Part shown: piece after piece, positions 56,871 to 64,000 of the stretch
How positions within the stretch are numbered: position 1 is the first letter of the stretch
Layout: each line of letters starts with the position of its first letter
Assembly (NCBI GenBank): GCA_030141605.1
Contig: JAQGDQ010000126.1
Span: 506,328-570,327, forward strand
Reading direction: 5' to 3'
DNA from: Tubiluchus corallicola
Taxonomy: Eukaryota; Animalia; Priapulida
Length of the DNA: 64,000 bases
Program-made: the position numbers and the translations under genes
The notes under the pieces: generated by a model
Database searches by the model: none
Seen by the model: the letters and a program-made list of their open reading frames with translations, nothing else
What the model was told of the DNA's origin: nothing

Positions 56871-59800
56871 TCATTTCTCAAGTCTCGGATTACGTATTCG
56901 ATGTGCAGTAGGGTCTTCATAGATGAAGTTTCCATAGTGGGTTGTAGGTTGTCTTGACCTGCGGGAGTAAGGTCGGGGAGGACTGGACGGCAACTGGACG
57001 TCAACGGCTGCATTGGCTTCCAAAAAGGTTAGTGGTGTGCTAGAATGGGTCTCGCTTGATACGAGAACAGGATTAATAGAAGTTGGAGAGAGAACAGGAT
57101 CCGGTAACGTAGGTTGTGAGGTTACATTATGATTGGATTGAAACGATTTGGGTTGTCTATCAACAGTTTTTCTATTGTTTATTTCAAGATTACACTCAAC
57201 ATTGCTCCTAGAATGGTTCACCTTGGTAGACTGCTCGCCCGAAAGAGACGTGCGTACACTATCGCCGGCCTTTTCAGAGGAGTCCTCAGCAATTGCTGAA
57301 CTGGAGCTACCAGGAAGCCATTCGTTAATGAGTTGTCGAGTTGATTCGTCCGAAATAAATTCAGCAGAGTCGGCCTTGTCAAGTAAATTAAGAGTGGTTG
57401 AGCCGGGAAAATCAACTCTTTTGGGAGCGGATGTTCGTGGTTTTGGTATAGGTGGAGAGAAGGTGGGCAATGAAAGCCGTACATCACCGTTGGATGAATT
57501 GTCATGGGGAAGAGAAAGTGGATCACGAATAGGAGTTAAGGCTGGCATGGAGGAATTAAGTAGTTCTGGAATTTGGGCTGGAAAACTCGATGCATTTTCA
57601 TTGTGCTCATCATTATAATCAGCTATTCTGCATGGAGAATATGGAGGTGGCGGCAATCCGAAAGAATCGAGAGATACAGAACGATCAACTGCTGTCAGCT
57701 GTGGCTCGAGTTCAATGTTCTGTTCAGTTTTAGATTTATCGATACCCGATGGATCGGCATTGGATTTATCGGCACTAACTTCGAGATCAAGGCTATAAGT
57801 TACTGTAGCTTGGCTGTCAGATAATTCATTGAGTGAAGGCGTTTCACCAGGTGTCCAGGAGAATCCGGCGGCTGGCGTATAACGCCACAGACGATCTGCG
57901 TGAACAATTTTGCATCTTTGTCTTGGTCCCGGCAAACGTATACGATAGACAACATCTGAGAGGCGTGTGATGATTTCATAAGGTCCCTGCCAATCAGACT
58001 GAAGCTTTGGACTGCGACCGATTTTACGCTGAGGGTTAAAAAACCAAACTTTTTCCCCAACAGAAAATTGAACATAACAAGAACGGACATTATAGCGTCT
58101 ACGCATTGTTTCATGAGAAATGCGAAGGTTTTCTCTGATGAAATGGTGAACGTCATGTAGACGATTCTCAAGATTTTTAACATACTGGACGACAGTACTT
58201 GTATCAATGTTTGAAGGTGGGCGTCCTGTTAATAGATCAAGAGGCAGCCTTAATTCTCTACCAAACATGGCTTGAGCAGGGGTGAATCCAGTTGAGTCAT
58301 GTACAGCCGATCTGTATGAAAGCAAAAACAAAGGAATCTTTTCATCCCAATCACGCTGGTGGGCACTACTGAATTGCGCAAGCTGTCGGGAAATGGTCCT
58401 TATAAAGCGCTCGCACATTCCATCGCTTTTTGGGTTAAGCGCAGTCGTTCGAGTTTTCTCAATACCCATAAGATTACAGCATTGCTGAAAGATCTTACTT
58501 TCAAAATTTCGACCTTGGTCTGAATGAATTTCGTTTGGTAACCCAAATCGGCAAAAGAAATTGTTTACCAATACTGTAGCTATAGTCTCGGCTTCTTGGT
58601 TCGGTAAGGGATAGCATTCTGGCCATTTTGTGAAATAATCCATTGCAACTAATATGTATTTGTTGTTAGAATTAGACAACGGGAAAGGACCTGCCACGTC
58701 AATGGCGATTCGTTCCATAGGCGCGCCCACACGGTATAGTTGTAAAGGTGCACGAGGTTTTCGCTGCGGCCCCTTTTTCTTGCAACAAATTTCGCAAGTT
58801 CGCGTCCATATTTCAACATCTTGTCGCATTCCCGGCCAAAAGAAGCGCTGCCGCAGTAAATCGAGAGTTTTGTTTTGTCCTGGCCTGCAGTTGGAGATGA
58901 ATGCATTTCCGTTAAAACTTTTTCGCGAAAAGCGCGAGAGACTAACCATTGCCAGCGAGTAAGACTCCCTTCAGGGCTTTCCCATTTCCGCTGCAAAATG
59001 CCATCTCTTAAACGCAGTGTGTCCCAATGCGCTAAAACCGCTTTAGCTTCTCTGCTAAGGGGTGATCGCTGTTCCCATGTTGGTTTTTCGCTTGACGTTT
59101 CAAGAAACGCTATGACTGGTGCTAGATCTTTATCATTTAATTGACGTTCTTTAAAATGTAATTCAGTATCACGCAAAGTTGTACCAACTTTGACAAATTT
59201 TGCCGGTTCAGTGATTTCTGGCTTCACACATCTTGATGCCTGATTAATTTCGCTGTCAATTTTACTTCTCCAGGCTGGCTGTAAGGCATTTTTGCTATTT
59301 TCAGCTTCTGAATTGTTAGCTGTTCTCAGAGTTTCAAATTTTATTTCACGTTTGTTGCAATGAGAGCATTCGTGTTTGCATGGCCGTCTAGACAGCGTGT
59401 CTGCATTCGCGTGACTTTTACCGGGCCTATGCTCTATCTTGTACTGATATTGGTCCAATTTCGCAAGCCATCGAGCTAATTGGCCTTCAGGGCGCTTAAG
59501 CGTGTGAAGCCAGCGAAGTGCCGCATGGTCGGTACGTATAGAAAAGGGTTTTCCGTAAAGATAGTGATGGAAGTTGGTCACCCCTTTTATCACGGCCAGG
59601 AGTTCACGTCTAGTAGCACAGTAATTGCGTTCTGAAGGGTTAAGTATTTGACTGTAATAGGCAATTACACGTTCGTGTCCATTTTGGACTTGAGAGAGTA
59701 CAGCACCGATGGCGACATTACTAGCATCGGTGTCAAGTATGAAATCTCTATCGAACTGAGGATAAGCCAGTACAGGAGAGGAAGTAAGCAAGGCTTTAAG

Positions 59801-61674
59801 TCTCTCAAAAGACTGCTGCTGGTCTTGCTGCCACAAGAAAGGTTGATGTTTACGAGTTAGTTCGTGCAGTGGAGCAGCTATTTTTGCAAAGTCCTTGATG
59901 AAGCGCCTGTAGTAGGTACAAAGGCCAAGAAAACTACGTAGCTCAGTCAAGTTTGTTGGTATAGGCCATTTCGCTACTGCATCAGTTTTTGCAGGATCGG
60001 TGTGTACTCCTTGGGAACTGACAATGTGTCCAAGGTAGGCTACCTGCTTTTGTGTAAGTAGACATTTCTCAGCGTTAAGTTTAAGTCCGGCTGCTTGGAA
60101 GCGAGTGAAGACCTCTTGTAGACGCTCCAAGTGTTCGTCAAAGGTGTGGCCATAAACTATCACGTCATCGAGGTAGATTAGTAGGGTACGCCAATGAAGA
60201 CCAGTCAGGACCTGCTCCATAAGGCGTTCGAAAGTCGCTGGCGCATTCGTCAGGCCAAAAGGCATAGCCTTGAATTGCCAGAGGCCTCTATGTGTAATAA
60301 AAGCCGTCTTCTCCTTGTCGTTAGGGTGCATTTCGACCTGGTGATACCCAGATTTCAAGTCAAGGGTGGAAAACCATTCAGAGCCTGATAGTGCATCTAT
60401 CGAGTCATCTATGCGGGGTAAAGGATAACTGTCTTTGATGGTAATTGCATTTAGGGCTCTATAATCAATGCAGCATCTAGTGCCCCCGTTTTTCTTTCGG
60501 ACTAAAACCACTGCAGATGACCACGGGCTACACGAAGGCTCGATCACACCTTGAGCTTCCATCTCTTTCATAGCTGCATCAAGCTGCTTGCGCTGCGTTT
60601 CACCGAGCCGCCGCGGTTGCACTTTAATTGGCGCATGATTGCCAGTGTTGATGGTGTGCTGGACCACGTTGGTCCGGCCGATATCTGCTGGTCCAGAATA
60701 AAATAGCTGGTTGTTTTTCAAGAGAAAGGCGTGTAAACGCTTAAGCTGTTTACTAGATAGATGCTCTTTACTTTTCTCGAGCAAATTTCAAACAGGTTCA
60801 GATAGATGGGTGCATTTGTTTAATTTTATAATAGCAGGAAAACCATTGCGTTTTTGAACGGGTTTAGGTTCGAGTGGTTCAGGAAGTTCTTGCACAACTT
60901 CCCACCGACCAATCACTTCATTAACTGGTATAGTCACAGGTTTAGGTGACAAATTTGCAAGCAATGTTTTAACAGTATTTGCACCAGGGGGTGCAGTTAC
61001 ACGGCCAGTTAAAACACCTTCCCGACAGAAAAAGTCATGATTTACACGGGTAATCATGCCTGTGGCAAGTGGCAACGGCACAGCTGGTCTACCTTCTAGT
61101 ACAGTTTCAGAGAATGGAGGCAAAATTATTTGGTTTACATTTAAAATATCAGTAGTACCGTTCGCTAAGGGAAAAATTTTAACAAACTGACCGTCTGGGA
61201 AAATCAATAAATTTTTAGCGGTGTTCACGCTAACATGATTAGCACGAAGCCAATCCAGGCCAAGCACACAATCATCACCTACAATGTCATTCGAAAGCCA
61301 AACCGGTACTGCGCCAGACCACATTTCCGGTTCATTGCCAAGTTGCAAAGAAACATTAACTGGGCCACGCAATTCAAGCTCAGATCCGTTTGCGCTTAAA
61401 GCTTTGCGATTTTCTAATAAAATTTCTTCAGTTGGTAAGGAAAGAAATTCTTTTCTTACTGTTGTCTGACTCGCACCAGTGTCAACTAAAATGCGACAAA
61501 CACGACCGTTTATTGAGCCGCGCACATACAAACCAAGCGCAGGTTGCTTATAAGCGTTTTTGTTACGAACCGACGCAGAATAATTAATGGTGTAATGCGA
61601 TGTGGGTGCTCCTATGGAGACTGCTCGTCTAGTGCGAGTGGCTGGCTGTCTCCTTCTCCTGCCACCCGCTTTTA
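56871..61674 (-). pseudogene. pol: Gypsy pol (protease, RT, RNase H, integrase with GPY/F and long C-terminal extension), disrupted
   Basis: PR ILVDTGAS; RT CIDYRALN, LDLKSGYHQ, MPFGL, YLDD; RH LDTDAS, ELLAV, RTDH, ADTLSR; IN H..(H)..CEIC, IAIDVAGP, HSDQG, GMCER, WQGPY. In-frame TGA at 60790-60788 and a frameshift at about 58880. Confidence 0.95.
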
Positions 61675-63660
61675 AAAATGCGAACGCCCACGACCGAAGT
61701 TGTTGTAATTAGCTGTTGAATGGTAATAATTTTGGGGGGTAGTCCCAGTACATGGATAATTTTGCCCCATATTTGCAGAAAAACCATTGTTTTGGCAAAA
61801 ATTATTAGAAAATTGTGCTCTATGGCGAGTTGGTTGGCCTGTCCAACTATGGGGAGGGGAAGAGCACTGTCTCGCTAAATGCCCAAAACCACCACAATTA
61901 TAACAAACTGGGCCTGAACCACGACCCGTAGGTTTAGCAGACTTATTCTGGCCAACATTTGAAACTCTGCCGTGTTTTTCAGGGGTGCGATTAAGAGCAG
62001 ATTTGCTAACGTCGTTATTTGGGCTTTTGGATTTCGAACTGGGGGGCGAGGTAACAGGTAGGTGCTGAACCTTAATCGAGCTTTTGCTTGGGGGTTCGTT
62101 TTCTGTTACTCGTTTAGACGTAGCCCGAATGGACTCAACTGTAAGTGCGGTAGCTAAAGCACTTGCGAGATCAGGCGGTACACTTTGCTGAATGTGTATT
62201 GCTAACTCAGAATCCATTAAACCATCTACGAATTTATGAATTAGCTGTTGCTCAGCAGTTTTTGTATCAACGGTTGGAAATGCACGATGATAAAGAACGC
62301 GCAATTGCTCAGCGTATTGCCTTAAATCTTCCCCAGTGTGGCGTACTCTGGCGTTATAATGCGCACGATAAACGCTCTCTCTATTTTGATAGCCGTATCT
62401 ACGACAAAGAGCCGACGAAAGGACATCATAGTTGGACCTTTGCGCCTCTGGAATGACTTCCAGCACGCCCGCAGCACTCCCTTTTAATTTTAATGCTAAT
62501 CGCGCACCAGCCTCGGTGTTGTCCCAGCCATTAGCCCGACGGAGAAGCTGGAACTGTGCCTCAAAACTTTCCCAAGACACTGTCTCGCCATCAAAAGGTG
62601 GTAGACCTCGGAGTGCCTTTTCACCGAGCCGCCCCATGCTGATGTCACTCGCCATGTTTACCGCAGCATTATCGACATTTTGTGCCACGGTGCTGGTTGC
62701 CAAACCTGTTTGTGCAGTAGAACAACCGGAAGTCCGCAAAATGGGCTCGAAAGACTGGTCTAGATTGCTTAGGCCAGTTTCAAAACGTACACGTGGGGTG
62801 GAGCCAGAAGGACCATTTTGAATCTGGCTAGACCCTTGATTTTGATGCTGCGCGTCAGCAGTGTCAGTATTCGCCATTACAGGGGTAGAACCCAAAAGAG
62901 GCTTCTTTGCCAAAATACCACCTGTTGTAGGCGTCTCTGGTTCGCGACATGCGGTAAAATCCAAAATGGCACTAAAAATTGCCTGAGGCAGCGTAGCAAC
63001 CACATTTCTCAGGTCTTGAAAACTCTCAGAAATACTAGACAACTGTTGTCTGATTTGACACAGTTGTCTGATTTGATAAGTATCTGACGCGAAATTTTGC
63101 CGAAAATTTTGATTACTTGGACTAACTCGCGTGCCCAATGCTGCATTTGGATCGCTAGCCGCGTGCCCTGAAAGAAAATCAATATTAGACATGCCCCAAG
63201 TACTCGCGCTAGGCTGGGAAGCGGAATGTTGTGAAGTAGCAGGTAGCAAAGGTAGCTGACCTTGGCTTTGCCTACTTGAACATTCAGATGGCTTCGCTGC
63301 ATGCTTTTCAGTACAAGGGTTATGCACAGGGCAAGTAACAAAAGGATTAGTTGTATTACAAGCACAGATCGACAATACATCCTCATTATTAGTACAACTA
63401 ACATCAAAACTATAGCAATGTTCCGTAGAATCTAAGGCAGTGCCCCTTAATTCTTGACCATTAGAAGAATACACACTCTGTTCTAATAGAAAATCGGCAA
63501 GCTGACGGTGTTGTAACCGTTCTAAGTCAACATCAACCGCAGTACAATAATCGGAATGCCCAGATGAGGGTAACATCCCACTTGTTCTGACACCAGTGGA
63601 CTGCTCTCCGCTTTTAGTGGAAGCAGAACGGATGGCATCGCGGCCTACACTGTGCGGCAT
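61672..63660 (-). CDS. gag: Gypsy Gag (capsid-like domain plus one CCHC knuckle, long N-terminal extension)
   Basis: 662-codon ORF; PPFDGETVSWESFEAQF...NGW...LKGSA, GEDLRQYAEQLR, FVDGL; CYNCGGFGHLARQC. The start could be 63660 (inside the LTR) or 63576 (just after the PBS). Confidence 0.92.
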   Translation of the reverse strand: MPHSVGRDAIRSASTKSGEQSTGVRTSGMLPSSGHSDYCTAVDVDLERLQHRQLADFLLEQSVYSSNGQELRGTALDSTEHCYSFDVSCTNNEDVLSICACNTTNPFVTCPVHNPCTEKHAAKPSECSSRQSQGQLPLLPATSQHSASQPSASTWGMSNIDFLSGHAASDPNAALGTRVSPSNQNFRQNFASDTYQIRQLCQIRQQLSSISESFQDLRNVVATLPQAIFSAILDFTACREPETPTTGGILAKKPLLGSTPVMANTDTADAQHQNQGSSQIQNGPSGSTPRVRFETGLSNLDQSFEPILRTSGCSTAQTGLATSTVAQNVDNAAVNMASDISMGRLGEKALRGLPPFDGETVSWESFEAQFQLLRRANGWDNTEAGARLALKLKGSAAGVLEVIPEAQRSNYDVLSSALCRRYGYQNRESVYRAHYNARVRHTGEDLRQYAEQLRVLYHRAFPTVDTKTAEQQLIHKFVDGLMDSELAIHIQQSVPPDLASALATALTVESIRATSKRVTENEPPSKSSIKVQHLPVTSPPSSKSKSPNNDVSKSALNRTPEKHGRVSNVGQNKSAKPTGRGSGPVCYNCGGFGHLARQCSSPPHSWTGQPTRHRAQFSNNFCQNNGFSANMGQNYPCTGTTPQNYYHSTANYNNFGRGRSHF
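63575..63595 (-). other. Primer binding site, tRNA-Leu type, with a 3-nt insertion
   Basis: TGGTGTCAGAA-CAA-GTGGGAT one base after the LTR; TGGTGTCAGAAGTGGGAT is complementary to the 3' end of tRNA-Leu(CAA) (recalled, not searched). Confidence 0.85.
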
Positions 63661-64000
63661 GACTCAAAGACAAAAACCAAAATGAATAAAATAAAAATGA
63701 CGATTTATTACCCAAAAAAATAAACGTTCCAGACAGCTTACCGAATGGAGCAAACAGAAAGCCTGATGAAGTGCGAACAAAGCTGAGATGAGATCAGACG
63801 CCCACTGACCACTGACAAGGATCTACAGCAGACCTACCCTTTTTATAAGCTCAGGTGTGCACGTGACTAGTGGCTCCCACTAACACAAGGTCAGAATAAG
63901 AATCTATGTGCTAGTTAAAGCCACGTTCACACGCACACCTGAGAAGTCTGCTGTATTCCCCTGCCAGTATTACACTACCTCATCACAGCCCTGCAGTACA
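63597..64000 (-). repeat. 5' LTR of element A (404 bp)
   Basis: TGTACTGC...GCAGTCCA; the window ends exactly at the LTR terminus. Confidence 0.95.
63804..63847 (-). promoter_or_regulatory. Putative LTR core promoter (TATA box plus TCAGT initiators)
   Basis: TATAAAAA at 63847-63840, TCAGT at 63815-63811 and 63808-63804, identical in both LTRs; AATAAA at 63709-63704 followed by a T-rich tract. Confidence 0.6.

Larger units (their letters stand above)
54691..64000 (-). mobile_element. Full-length Ty3/Gypsy LTR retrotransposon (element A), defective pol
   Basis: Two direct LTRs with TG...CA ends, PBS, PPT, gag and PR-RT-RH-IN order. The left flank is GTAT; the right flank is outside the window. 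Confidence 0.97.

Noticed and set aside
57148-63087. + strand ORFs opposite gag/pol
   Set aside because: Antisense shadow frames of the coding region.

Overview
AT-rich, intron- and microsatellite-rich animal DNA, probably from an invertebrate; the taxon cannot be fixed from the sequence. One complete host gene is present on the + strand: a 13-exon DUR3-type urea transporter (sodium:solute symporter/SLC5 fold), CDS 8573-54042, 2493 nt, 830 aa, with all introns GT-AG and phases consistent. It carries a signal-peptide-like N-terminus and a RING-variant-like 8-ligand Cys/His insert. A full-length Ty3/Gypsy LTR retrotransposon (54691-64000, - strand) sits 650 bp downstream. It has both LTRs, a tRNA-Leu PBS, a PPT, gag, a -1 frameshift site with a predicted pseudoknot, and a pol broken by one stop and one frameshift. 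The rest is a nested set of TE relics: a small non-autonomous LTR element and a solo LTR of the same family, a decayed relative of the Gypsy element, many LINE fragments, a tRNA-derived SINE, MITEs, a Penelope-like inverted repeat and microsatellites. All calls come from reading the sequence by eye; no searches were run, and the boundaries of degraded repeats are approximate.
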